Part shown: piece by piece, positions 48,120-57,290 of the stretch
Numbering within the stretch: the first letter of the stretch is position 1
How the letters are laid out: each line of letters begins with the position of its first letter
Origin: Clostridia bacterium
Lineage (GTDB): Bacteria; Bacillota; Clostridia; Oscillospirales; CAG-272
Length of the DNA: 64,000 nt
Reading direction: 5' to 3'
Assembly: GCA_017453325.1 (NCBI GenBank)
Contig: JAFTKK010000064.1
Coordinates: forward strand, 926-64,925
The notes under the pieces: generated by a model
Database searches by the model: none
What the model saw: only the letters and a program-made list of their open reading frames with translations
What the model was told of the DNA's origin: nothing
Made by a program: the position numbers and the translations under genes

Positions 48120-49204
48120 TTAAGAAGCACCTTTCTCACATCTTTTCCGATACGCGTGGCCATGCGGAAAAATCCAAGATCGTTGGGGTGGGTGCCATCC
48201 ACCGTGCAGGCATCCCAATCTTCGCCCTTGAAAAGCTGCGCGCCGTCAATGAAATATACGTTTTTATCACCTGCGATCAGCGCGTTTTCATAGGTGCGCC
48301 GAACGATGGCACGACGCGCGGTAAAGCGGCCGTAGCTGAATTTTTCATCGCCCTTTAAAAGAACATTGGGAGCGCTGACAATGATGATGGGGAGCGTGGG
48401 ATGGGCGGCGCGCACGGCTTTGAAGAAGGGCTCGTGTGTTTGCTTCAAATGCTCCTCGTTATTGGTATTGTGATCGTAATCCATCACAAAGGCGCTCATA
48501 TCAAGCGTGGCAATATACTCTGCCATACCAAGCTCACCCTTGGCGCTTCCCGAAAAGCCGAGATTGATGTGGTCAACACCAAGATGGCGGGAAATGATGG
48601 CCTGGTAAGCGTTACCGGGACGGGAGGCACAGCCGCCCTGCGTGATCGAGCTGCCGTAATAGACAACGGGCTTTTCGATGGCATAGGGCGTGGGCTCACT
48701 CAGATGTGCATTGCGCTTGAGAGCCACGTAAAGTTCCTTCACGCCGTCATAAAGCGGGAAATTGATGGTATAATCCGCCTCGGTGCCCTCTACCCAATGC
48801 GCAGAGGAATAGCCCTCGGTCATACCGCGGGGCGGCACAAAGGTACGATAATAAAGATCCTTTCCCTTTTTGTCAACGCGGTAAAGATCAAAGCCGGACT
48901 GACCCGTCAGGGGCATATGTACCATGGGGCTGCCGTTTTTCATCACGGCCTTGATGGCAATATAGCGCGAATCGGTGCGGAAGCGCACGCGGCCGCCTGC
49001 CGTGCAGCGATTAAGGCTTCCCGAAACGTTTTGAGAGATGGCCTCGGCCGTAGCCTGCGGCATACGCACGTAGCAGCCCATAGTTTCGTCGTAAATGACG
49101 CCGTAAAGCCGAAACGGCAGCTCGCGCACGTTAAACCAAACAAGATCGGGCTCGGTAATGGTGGTTTCCACCACAAGGTTTTTGTCGATATCTTCAATTC
49201 TCAT
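48116..49204 (-). CDS. SGNH/GDSL hydrolase with N-terminal GxDLY domain, paralog A (first in operon)
   Basis: Same motif set. Start moved to ATG 49204 (MRIEDIDKN), behind AAAGGGA. Confidence 0.8.
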   Translation of the reverse strand: MRIEDIDKNLVVETTITEPDLVWFNVRELPFRLYGVIYDETMGCYVRMPQATAEAISQNVSGSLNRCTAGGRVRFRTDSRYIAIKAVMKNGSPMVHMPLTGQSGFDLYRVDKKGKDLYYRTFVPPRGMTEGYSSAHWVEGTEADYTINFPLYDGVKELYVALKRNAHLSEPTPYAIEKPVVYYGSSITQGGCASRPGNAYQAIISRHLGVDHINLGFSGSAKGELGMAEYIATLDMSAFVMDYDHNTNNEEHLKQTHEPFFKAVRAAHPTLPIIIVSAPNVLLKGDEKFSYGRFTARRAIVRRTYENALIAGDKNVYFIDGAQLFKGEDWDACTVDGTHPNDLGFFRMATRIGKDVRKVLLK

Positions 49205-49267
49205 ACAAATTCCCTTTCCGCGCTTGCGGGAGAAAATATGCCCGCCGCACATAGCTTTTTCACCGTT

Positions 49268-49296
49268 ATTTTAGCATAACACAAACAAAAAGTAAA
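49268..49296 (-). promoter_or_regulatory. promoter TTTACT-17-TGcTAAAAT for the SGNH triple operon
   Basis: Minus strand reads TTTACTttttgtttgtgttatgcTAAAAT. Confidence 0.5.
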
Positions 49297-49324
49297 CCTT
49301 TTTCAAGAAAAATAATACAGGATA

Positions 49325-49353
49325 TTGCTTTCGAAAAAAATATTTGCTATAAT
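49325..49353 (+). promoter_or_regulatory. promoter TTGCTT-17-TGcTATAAT for udg-AEC operon
   Basis: -35 at 49325-49330, -10 at 49348-49353. Confidence 0.55.
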
Positions 49354-49391
49354 ATTTGCATATTTACTGAAAAATAAAGGAAGTATGTCAA

Positions 49392-49943
49392 ATGGATTGG
49401 GAAACGCTGGAAAGCACCTGCCGTGCCTGCCACAAATGTGCGCTTGGAGATACACGCACCAACTGCGTATTCGGTACCGGGAACCGCGAGGCTGAGCTTT
49501 TGTTCGTCGGTGAGGCACCCGGTGAGCAGGAGGATCTTTCGGGCACGCCGTTCGTCGGGCGCGCCGGGCAGCTTTTAAACAAATTTCTTGATGCGGTGGA
49601 TATCCCGCGTGAAAAGGTATATATTGCAAACATTTTAAAATGCCGTCCGCCGCAAAATCGCGATCCCCTGCCCGAGGAGGCGGCGGCTTGCATTGACTAT
49701 CTGCGTGAGCAGGTGCGTCTCATTCGCCCCAAGGTGATCGTTTGCCTCGGGCGCATTTCGGCCATGAAGCTGATCAAGCCCGATTTCCGCATCACCAAGG
49801 AGCACGGCGAGTGGTTTGAGAAAAACGGCTATCTGATGACCGCCGTGTACCACCCCGCCTATCTCTTGCGCGATCCGCGCAAAAAAGAGGATATGCTCAC
49901 CGATATGAAGCGCCTGCGCGCTAAGCTTGACGAAATACAGTGA
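49392..49943 (+). CDS. uracil-DNA glycosylase, family 4
   Basis: C..C..C cluster near the N-terminus, GEAPG(E)QED, F.GRAGQLL, NILKCRPP. Confidence 0.85.
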   Translation: MDWETLESTCRACHKCALGDTRTNCVFGTGNREAELLFVGEAPGEQEDLSGTPFVGRAGQLLNKFLDAVDIPREKVYIANILKCRPPQNRDPLPEEAAACIDYLREQVRLIRPKVIVCLGRISAMKLIKPDFRITKEHGEWFEKNGYLMTAVYHPAYLLRDPRKKEDMLTDMKRLRAKLDEIQ

Positions 49944-49951
49944 GGTAAACC

Positions 49952-50917
49952 ATGGATAGCACTACTTTTTTCAATCTGCTCACCATCATCGGTGTGCTGT
50001 TTCTTGTGATGGCGGTCGGCTTTTTGTGCCGCAAGCGCGGCATCATCAACGACGTGGCCTCTAACCGCATGTCAAAGCTCATTATCGAGGTGGGACAGCC
50101 ACTCTTGATCATCGGATCGCTCATTAGCAAGGAATTCAGCTGGGAGCTTTTTCGCGGCGGTCTGCTCTACCTCGGCATCGGCCTGATCATCCACCCTGTG
50201 ATGGGTGTGATCGCCATGCTGTGCGGACGCGCTTTTACCGACCCCGACGAAAAAAAGCTTTCGCAATTTGCCCTTACCTTTACCAACTGCGCCTTTATCG
50301 GCTTCCCGATTTTGGCTGCCGTCTTCCCCGAAACAGGCGTATTCTACGGCTCGTTTTTCGTTATTGGCTTCCATATTTATATTTGGACGCTCGGCATCTA
50401 CCTGCTCTCTCGCGGGCGTGAGGATATCCGACTGACACCCAAAAAGGCCGTTCTCAATTTCGGCACCGTGCCCTGCGCCATCGGTTTTGTGCTTTACCTC
50501 TTAAAGGCCGTCATACCGATGCCTGCGTTGGTAGTGGATTTTTGCAGCTATATGGGCAGCCTTTGTATGCCCATCTCGGTGCTCATCACAGGTGCGCTGC
50601 TTGCCACGCAAAAGCCGAGAGAAATTCTGCAAAATCCCCGTATTTACCTCTTCAATGCCATCAAGCTGCTGATCCTGCCCCTCATTGTCTGTGCACTGGC
50701 CAAGCTCTGCACGCTGGGGCTTTCGAACAGCTATGAGATCGTGATGTTCTGCACCGTGATCGCAGCGCTCCCCAGCGCCTCTACCATCACCATGCTGGCA
50801 GAGCTTTACGGCATCAAGCCGGGCTATGCCGCGCAGACCGTGGGAACCTCCTCCCTCATTTCGGTCGCCACGCTGCCGCTGATGTACTTTATCGGAGATT
50901 TTGTGGCAAAGCTGTAA
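49952..50917 (+). CDS. AEC (auxin efflux carrier) family transporter
   Basis: 321 aa, about 10 TM segments, two-repeat layout typical of AEC permeases. Begins 8 nt after udg. Confidence 0.7.
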   Translation: MDSTTFFNLLTIIGVLFLVMAVGFLCRKRGIINDVASNRMSKLIIEVGQPLLIIGSLISKEFSWELFRGGLLYLGIGLIIHPVMGVIAMLCGRAFTDPDEKKLSQFALTFTNCAFIGFPILAAVFPETGVFYGSFFVIGFHIYIWTLGIYLLSRGREDIRLTPKKAVLNFGTVPCAIGFVLYLLKAVIPMPALVVDFCSYMGSLCMPISVLITGALLATQKPREILQNPRIYLFNAIKLLILPLIVCALAKLCTLGLSNSYEIVMFCTVIAALPSASTITMLAELYGIKPGYAAQTVGTSSLISVATLPLMYFIGDFVAKL

Positions 50918-50932
50918 TGCACCGTTCAAAAC

Positions 50933-50967
50933 AAAAAACCTCACCGCCGCGTGCGGTGAGGTTTTTT
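50933..50967. terminator. bidirectional terminator between the AEC transporter and the giant protein gene
   Basis: CCTCACCGC/GCGGTGAGG stem, flanked by A6 and T6. Confidence 0.8.
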
Positions 50968-50992
50968 GTTTGATTAGTTGATCTTGAAAAAA

Positions 50993-53900
50993 TTATCCTA
51001 CGATCTCAACGATGCCGCCTGTGAAGATATCATACTTACCGTCGATCTCATCGAAGATATCGGGAGCGGGCATTTCAAAATTGAAGTTGCCGCGCCAGAG
51101 AATGATGCCGAGACCCTCGTAGGTGGCAGCTACGCCATCCTCATCGTTAAAGATGCCCGTGCCCCATGTAAAGGAGGTACCTGCAGAGCCGGGGTACACG
51201 TTGGTAATGGCTGCGATAAAGGCGTTGGCATTCTCCTCACCCTCGCCAAGACCGGTGATACCGTCCTTCGAGAGCGTCATAGTGGGATTGTAATGGTAGT
51301 TGTCACCGGGCGTAGCACCAAGAGGCTGACCCGTGAAGATATAAAGCCAGTTGGTATTCTTGATCCACTCGATGTTTTCTGCGTTATAGACTGTGCTGCT
51401 GGGGATGTCAAGATGGCCCTTCACACCGTCCGCGCAATGCGACCAAAGAATGACCTGTGCATCGATCAGCTCGTAGCACTCGCTCTCGATACCGTTGCCG
51501 CCGTGGTGCGCAGACAGAACCATATCGGACTTGAGATAATCACCCCACAGCGCACGTATCACCATGCTGCCACGCACCTGGAGGTCACCGAGGATCAAAT
51601 TGCTGATGGCACCGGTTCCGGTCAGGATGTTGCCGCTACCGTCGGTCTCGTGTGCGGTGAGACGGATGACGGTGGAGGTGTTGTTATAGTAGATCATGCT
51701 CCAAGGATGAATATCCTCGTGGGTATACATCACCTCAAACTCAAGATTACCGATGAAGAACTTCTGGCCGGTGTGTACCTTGTAGTAAGGAATATCCGTG
51801 CCGTTATTCTTATACCAGCTCAAGGTGCCGAGCTTGTTGGCTACGGTCTGGTTGGGGTCCATCGAGTTGTAGATCTCGTCGTTGGAGGCGAAGTTGGCAA
51901 TGATGGCATTGACCTGAACCTTGGAGGTGTAGCCGCTAGACAAGGAGAACGCATTGCAATAGGTGCTGATGAATTTATCCATCATGCCGTAATGGTCGCC
52001 GTGGCCGTGCGAGAGATACCATGCAGCGATCTGAATCTTGTTACTCTTGCTGGGAGCAGTACCGTGCACCTCTTCATACAGCGCCGCCAGCACATTGTAA
52101 AGACGCGCGGCATCGGTGGAGTTGTAGGCACCGCCGCCACCATCCAGCACCACAAAGGTACCGTCCTCAAGGGTGTAGATGTAACAGTAACCGAAGTTAC
52201 CTTCCTTGTTAGTGAGATTATAGCTCACCTCCATGGAGGTCAGCTTGGTAACAGTCTTTTTGCCCGTGGCCGCCACCTGCTTAAAGCTTTCGGGCAGAAG
52301 ATTGACATAGGTGCCGTCCACCTTTGCGGCGATAATACGGAGGGTGGGCGTAAACATCTTCGCGAGTGTGCCACTCTCACCGAGCTTTTCGGCTGCGGCG
52401 TGCGTGTAGGCGGTATACATCACGTGAATCGTGATCTTAGTGGAGGAGTTGTAATAGGTGACAAAGTAGTTGCCCTCAGCCGAGCGCTCGGTCATGTAAA
52501 CCGTAAAGCCCTTGCTTTCAAGCAACGCGCAATAAGCCTTGTAGTTTGCAACGGTTGCATTCTGATAGTAATATTCAAGCGAGTTGCTGTCTACGTTGAC
52601 CACGCCCGAAAGCTGGAGACCTGCGGGACGCGGGCACAGGGTGGTGTCAGTCACCAGAGCCTTTACCTCTTCGGCCACGTTGCCGGTGCCGGTAGCGCCT
52701 TCCACACTGTCAAAGGCACCCGTAAAGCCGTCGGTGCCGCTCTTCTCTACCGTGTAATCAACGGGCAGCATGTAAACGCCGCTATCGGTTGCGAAGTCCG
52801 CAAGGTCCGCGAGGAACAGATCCTTGGCAAGACGCAAAGTGGAATCGTCAAAGGCGGTGATGAAAATATCGCCATCCTTGATCACATAACCGTAATAGCC
52901 TGCGTCGTGACCGAGCAACGCGTTGGCAAGCGCCTCTTTGGTGATACCGATCTGAATGGTGTGGTCATCCAGATTGAAGTTGTCGGGCACGTAGGTGAAG
53001 TTGTAGCCGGAAGCGTCAAGCTGGTCGCCGATTTTCATCGCAGCAAACACGGGATAGTCCACGTAAGTCTGCTCATTGCCCTCTTTGTTGTAAAGGTGAT
53101 CGGTAGAACTTTGAATAAAGTTGAAGGATTCGTAAATTCTGGTACCGCCGCCGGTATAGGGCTCCCAGATGTTACCGTCACGCGTATGGGAGAATACGAT
53201 AGGCGTATCACTGCTCAGCGATACCAATTCGACATTGGAGGCAACACACTCCGAAACGATGAGCTTGCCGTCATCCCCTGCCTCGGGCAGAATGGTATTT
53301 TGGAAAACGGAAAGCGCCTGCATCGTCAGCGCATTGGTGGTACCCACGATCACAATCTTGCCGTTGATCACGCCGATGTAATAACCCTCGCCCTCGATCT
53401 CGGAGAGTGCGGTGGTGGTTTCGGCTTCGCCCGTGTTACCGACAAGGATGGCGGCACCGGAAGCGGTGTAGCCCTTGGCGCTCAGCGCATTTTTCAGCGT
53501 GGTGGTTGCTGCTGTGGTGAGATTGGCGCTGGCATCACTACCTACCGTAACGGCAGTAGAAGGAGTGACGGTACTGACATCATAAGTGTGCTCGTAGCCA
53601 CAGTAGCTCTTGAGAATTTTCTGCTCCTCGACGTCAAACGAGGTAAAGCCGTACGGATTGTAAATCGAGGTCACCATGTGATTCTCATCGGGCACGGAAA
53701 CCGTGGTGGTGTAGGCCATTTTTGCCACGTGAGCCATGGTGGAGGCATTGCTCACAACATCGAAATCGCTGTAGTAGTAAACGCCGTCAACCAACACGTA
53801 CGCAACAGCCGCCAAATTACGGGTATAGTTCTGAATGGAGATCAGCGCCGCGCTGAAGGCGATGCTGCCATCGGACATTTTCACAATACTGTATTTGGCA

Positions 53901-56386
53901 GGAACATCCACAAAGGCCGTACCGTAAGAGGGGTTCTCCTTTTGCCACTCCTCAAGCAGCGCGTGCGTAAAGCCGCCTGCAGCCAGCACGTAATCCGCAG
54001 GGGCGATCAGCGTACCGAAGCTATAGCCCTCGGGCAGCGCGGAAACAACGCCGGCGGGGATATAGGAGGTAAAGCGGATACCCTCGTAATTGGTAGTGAC
54101 GGCAACGGCGGCGCCGTTATCCATCACGGGTGCATAAGTGCTGTCGGCAGAGGCGTCAGCCGAATAGCAATAGTAGTTTTGGTTATTGTACTTACAAGTC
54201 GCAGAGCTCTCGTACAAGCGCACATCGGTGCCAACAAGATCGTTCACGTCGATCATATAGAGCTGCACGTAACGGGAAAGCAGCACGGCGCCGTCCACGA
54301 TCACGCGGGAGGTACCGACGCTGGCATCAATGATCTGGCTGTTGTTCTCGCGGTTATCGATAAACACACCGCCAAGAAGGTTGATATCCGCACCGGAGAT
54401 AGCGTAAATGTTCGTGGGGTCGTAATACTGGCCTACGTTTTGCGGAACGACGGACACACCCGTACGAATGATCGCGCCGCCGAAGGTAGCGGAGCTATTA
54501 TTGAGACGGAAGGTGCCGCCCTGAATGGTGAGAGAGCCGGCGCCCTCGGGAATGAGCATTTTAATCAGGCAAGCGCTGGTACCGGTAAAGCTGCCGTTTT
54601 CCACGGTCACGGTACCCGCACCAAGGTTCAGGATCGAGGAGCTGTCAACTGCAGTAAAGGTGCCGTTCAAAATATTCAGCGTGGCGCCCTGCGCCTTCAT
54701 AGCAATAATATCAGCAGTGGATTGCGCAGTAAAGGTCGCATTGGAAACGGTTACTGTGGAAGCACCCGTTACCTGAATACCATCGACATTATCCTTGACG
54801 GTAAGCAAACCGCCCAAGACGCTGACGGTAGCACCGTCGGCATTGACACGGATGAGCGAGCCCTCACCGGACTTGGTATAGGTGCCGCCCGAGGTACAAT
54901 CGTAGCTCTTTCCGTCCACGGTAAAGGTGCCCTTGGAAAGAATCAGCGTGCCGCCCACGTTTTCATCGGTCTCCATGCCGAAGATGGCACCGGTCGTGCT
55001 GGTGCCGGCCAGTTTGAAGGTGCCGCCGTACACGTAAGCCTTGCCCGCTTTTTCAAAATGCAGTACTGCACCGGTGCTGATGTTGGCGGCAGAAACGTAA
55101 GTGCCGTCAAAGTTACCGCCGTAGATCTTGAGTACCGCGGAAGCGCTGCGGATATCAACGATCTTGGCATTGAGTTGGCCGGGGTTGTGATAGAAGTTAC
55201 CGCCGGTAACACTCACAGTACCGTCAACGGAAAGTGCACGGTGACCGAAGAAGGTACCGCCCGACACAATCGCATTGGTACAGGTAGGACCCAGGCGAAG
55301 GGCCTGCTGGCTATCACCGCCCATGAAGGTACCGCCGCTGATGCGAACGGGCTTCGAGGTAGCAACATAAACACCGTTGCAGCAGGAAAAACCAAGCGAA
55401 TTGGAATACTTGGTATCTACCAGGGTGATATCAATCTCTGAAGGATCGGTCAAGGTGTCAACATAGGTAAAGAAGCCGTCGGTAATGGTCACCGTAGTGC
55501 CGTCATAGGCTCTGAGAATATAGGCACCCGACAAGGAGTAAAAGCGACCGCCGTTGACCGTAAGCTCACCCAACTGAGAGTTAACAGGATAGTACGAGCC
55601 GGAGCCGCTGGCAGTAACCACGGGATCCTTACTGCTATCATCCGGATTGCCGTTAATGGTAAGATGGCCGGTGCTGGTCGACATATAGATTGCGGCGCCG
55701 CCGGAGTAGCTACCGGTTGTGAAATCCCAGGTAAACGTACCGCCGTTGATGGTAAAGGCAGTATACTGCCTTGCCAAACGCACCAAATAGGAAGCACCCG
55801 TATTCTTGGTGTTCTGCGAAAAAGTACCGCCATTGATGGTCAGTACGGTATCCTGCGTCGACGTGCCGCCGGTGGAGCCTGCGTCCGAGGCATAGGTGCC
55901 TACCGCACCGACGAAGGTGCCGTCGCTGATCGTCACCGTCGCTGAGCCGTCAACGGTGACGGCTGCGGCCACCTCGGTCGTAGTACCCTGCGAGGTGTAG
56001 GAACCGCTTTCGATGGTCACCACGGTGGAAGCGCCGTTGATCATCACCGCGTTATCCTGCTTGGAAAGCACGGTAATGCTCTTGAGCGTGACCGTACCCG
56101 CATTGATGCAAAGGCTGCCGCTTGAAAGCGTAATGGTGACGCTCTCGCTGCTGCCCGTGACCGTGTAGGACTTAGCCTCACTCAAGGCGATATCACCTGC
56201 TACGGTAACGTTTTCGGTTACCGTGACGGTTCCGCCATTGGCTACGGCCGCAACCGCTTCCTCAAGCGTAGCATAAGAGCTCCCTCCCGTGCTGAACGGG
56301 GTGGCAGCAGAGGCTACCACCGCGGTGACGGTGACCAAAAGAAGCACCATAACCGCGAAGAGAATCACACGCAATTGTTTTTTCAT
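50993..56386 (-). CDS. giant secreted protein: Sec signal peptide, about 18 GGTF-type beta-helix-like repeats, then the same GH20b-like x2 plus ComEC-type MBL module as the five lipoproteins (paralog 6)
   Basis: Start moved to ATG 56386 (MKKQLRVILFAVMVLLL...VASA|A), behind AAAGGAG. Repeats include TINGGTFSQN, TINGGTFTWD, VNGGRFYS, ISGGTFMGG, VSGGTFFGH, VTGGNFYHN, IYGGNFDG, VYGGTFKL, IQGGTFRL and others. C-terminal part: AILVGNTGEAETTTALSEIEGEGYYIGVI, VVLDGGGG, SHGHGDHY (51989-52012), KVHTGQKF, LILGDLQ, SAHHGG. Confidence 0.85.
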   Translation of the reverse strand: MKKQLRVILFAVMVLLLVTVTAVVASAATPFSTGGSSYATLEEAVAAVANGGTVTVTENVTVAGDIALSEAKSYTVTGSSESVTITLSSGSLCINAGTVTLKSITVLSKQDNAVMINGASTVVTIESGSYTSQGTTTEVAAAVTVDGSATVTISDGTFVGAVGTYASDAGSTGGTSTQDTVLTINGGTFSQNTKNTGASYLVRLARQYTAFTINGGTFTWDFTTGSYSGGAAIYMSTSTGHLTINGNPDDSSKDPVVTASGSGSYYPVNSQLGELTVNGGRFYSLSGAYILRAYDGTTVTITDGFFTYVDTLTDPSEIDITLVDTKYSNSLGFSCCNGVYVATSKPVRISGGTFMGGDSQQALRLGPTCTNAIVSGGTFFGHRALSVDGTVSVTGGNFYHNPGQLNAKIVDIRSASAVLKIYGGNFDGTYVSAANISTGAVLHFEKAGKAYVYGGTFKLAGTSTTGAIFGMETDENVGGTLILSKGTFTVDGKSYDCTSGGTYTKSGEGSLIRVNADGATVSVLGGLLTVKDNVDGIQVTGASTVTVSNATFTAQSTADIIAMKAQGATLNILNGTFTAVDSSSILNLGAGTVTVENGSFTGTSACLIKMLIPEGAGSLTIQGGTFRLNNSSATFGGAIIRTGVSVVPQNVGQYYDPTNIYAISGADINLLGGVFIDNRENNSQIIDASVGTSRVIVDGAVLLSRYVQLYMIDVNDLVGTDVRLYESSATCKYNNQNYYCYSADASADSTYAPVMDNGAAVAVTTNYEGIRFTSYIPAGVVSALPEGYSFGTLIAPADYVLAAGGFTHALLEEWQKENPSYGTAFVDVPAKYSIVKMSDGSIAFSAALISIQNYTRNLAAVAYVLVDGVYYYSDFDVVSNASTMAHVAKMAYTTTVSVPDENHMVTSIYNPYGFTSFDVEEQKILKSYCGYEHTYDVSTVTPSTAVTVGSDASANLTTAATTTLKNALSAKGYTASGAAILVGNTGEAETTTALSEIEGEGYYIGVINGKIVIVGTTNALTMQALSVFQNTILPEAGDDGKLIVSECVASNVELVSLSSDTPIVFSHTRDGNIWEPYTGGGTRIYESFNFIQSSTDHLYNKEGNEQTYVDYPVFAAMKIGDQLDASGYNFTYVPDNFNLDDHTIQIGITKEALANALLGHDAGYYGYVIKDGDIFITAFDDSTLRLAKDLFLADLADFATDSGVYMLPVDYTVEKSGTDGFTGAFDSVEGATGTGNVAEEVKALVTDTTLCPRPAGLQLSGVVNVDSNSLEYYYQNATVANYKAYCALLESKGFTVYMTERSAEGNYFVTYYNSSTKITIHVMYTAYTHAAAEKLGESGTLAKMFTPTLRIIAAKVDGTYVNLLPESFKQVAATGKKTVTKLTSMEVSYNLTNKEGNFGYCYIYTLEDGTFVVLDGGGGAYNSTDAARLYNVLAALYEEVHGTAPSKSNKIQIAAWYLSHGHGDHYGMMDKFISTYCNAFSLSSGYTSKVQVNAIIANFASNDEIYNSMDPNQTVANKLGTLSWYKNNGTDIPYYKVHTGQKFFIGNLEFEVMYTHEDIHPWSMIYYNNTSTVIRLTAHETDGSGNILTGTGAISNLILGDLQVRGSMVIRALWGDYLKSDMVLSAHHGGNGIESECYELIDAQVILWSHCADGVKGHLDIPSSTVYNAENIEWIKNTNWLYIFTGQPLGATPGDNYHYNPTMTLSKDGITGLGEGEENANAFIAAITNVYPGSAGTSFTWGTGIFNDEDGVAATYEGLGIILWRGNFNFEMPAPDIFDEIDGKYDIFTGGIVEIVG

Positions 56387-56436
56387 GTTCTTTCTCCTTT
56401 CCTGATGCGGAAATGCGCATAGCACGCGCGCTGGCA

Positions 56437-56461
56437 GCGCGTATGCATGCGCGTATATATA
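56437..56461. repeat. 25-bp perfect alternating purine-pyrimidine tract in the leader of the giant gene
   Basis: GCGCGTATGCATGCGCGTATATATA, embedded in a palindrome-rich leader (ACGCGC, GCATGC, ATGCGCAT, CGCGCTG-C-CAGCGCG). Confidence 0.7.
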
Positions 56462-56472
56462 ATACATAATAA

Positions 56473-56501
56473 ATAATACCACTCTCTTTTTTGGCTGTCA
56501 A
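56473..56501 (-). promoter_or_regulatory. promoter TTGACA-17-TGgTATTAT for the giant gene
   Basis: Minus strand reads TTGACAgccaaaaaagagagtggTATTAT. Leader is about 80 nt. Confidence 0.6.
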
Positions 56502-56691
56502 GCACAGCATTTGCATTTTCTCTCTTTTTACCAATTTTAAGAATAAAATTATTTTTCAAAACGTGGCACCATAAGGGTTTGGCGCATCTGCTTATTTTTT
56601 CATTTTGTTTAAATTCACCAAATGCATTTCAGCAAGAGCCCTCGCCTCACAAGCAAAGCCACTATTTCAAGCAGTGCTTGCCACAACCACC

Positions 56692-56727
56692 AAAGCCTCT
56701 GCTTTCGGTTAGGAAAGCAGAGGCTTT
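56692..56727 (-). terminator. hairpin terminator after the 168-aa gene
   Basis: AAAGCCTCTGCTTTC/GAAAGCAGAGGCTTT stem. Only a moderate U tract on the minus strand (TTTGGTGGTT). Confidence 0.45.
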
Positions 56728-56729
56728 TT

Positions 56730-57236
56730 TCATCCGTTTGACAGCAGCTGCTGCATGAGAGTATAGAGTGTGTCGTACACCACGGCGTCCTTGGGGGTAA
56801 AGCAAAAGGCGGTGCCGTCAGCGTAAAAATAGATTTCATTTTCAGTAAAATACAGTTCCGCGCGCGTACCGTCGGCCGCACGGAGCTGCCACTTGAGATC
56901 CCAGGCTCCTGACAGCATTTTGCGGTTTTCGGTATTGTGAAATCCCGCCCGCACAACAACCGCCAGCTTTTCGCGCAAGGCCGTCACATCCTGCGCACGC
57001 AGCAAGACCTCCTTGCCGCGCGAGGCAAGCGGATCATCGGTTTTAAAAAGCGGGTCTATGAGCAGCGCTTCTTCATAACCGCCAAATCGAAGCTGCTCCA
57101 CGCGGTCATAAAACATACGGTTTTCACGGGTATAGGGTACGAATATCGTCAAAAAAATGATGATGACGGCAAGTGCCAGTACCACAATGCCGGCAAGTGT
57201 CACGCCATATCCCTTTTGGGATGTCTTTTTTTGCAT
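56730..57236 (-). CDS. hypothetical N-terminally anchored membrane protein
   Basis: 168 aa. TM segment VTLAGIVVLALAVIIIFLTIFV followed by a soluble domain. Lies 54 nt downstream of the GerA/SpoVAF-family gene. Confidence 0.45.
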   Translation of the reverse strand: MQKKTSQKGYGVTLAGIVVLALAVIIIFLTIFVPYTRENRMFYDRVEQLRFGGYEEALLIDPLFKTDDPLASRGKEVLLRAQDVTALREKLAVVVRAGFHNTENRKMLSGAWDLKWQLRAADGTRAELYFTENEIYFYADGTAFCFTPKDAVVYDTLYTLMQQLLSNG

Positions 57237-57290
57237 CTTGCTCTCCTGTTTTTGATGTTTGATATATTATACCAAACGCAGCATCAAAAG

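Noticed and set aside
54230-56250. Periodic repeats in the giant gene considered as a DNA tandem repeat or CRISPR-like array.
   Set aside because: The periodicity exists only at the protein level (degenerate GGTF motif, variable 35-45 aa spacing). The DNA copies are not conserved and the region is one continuous ORF.
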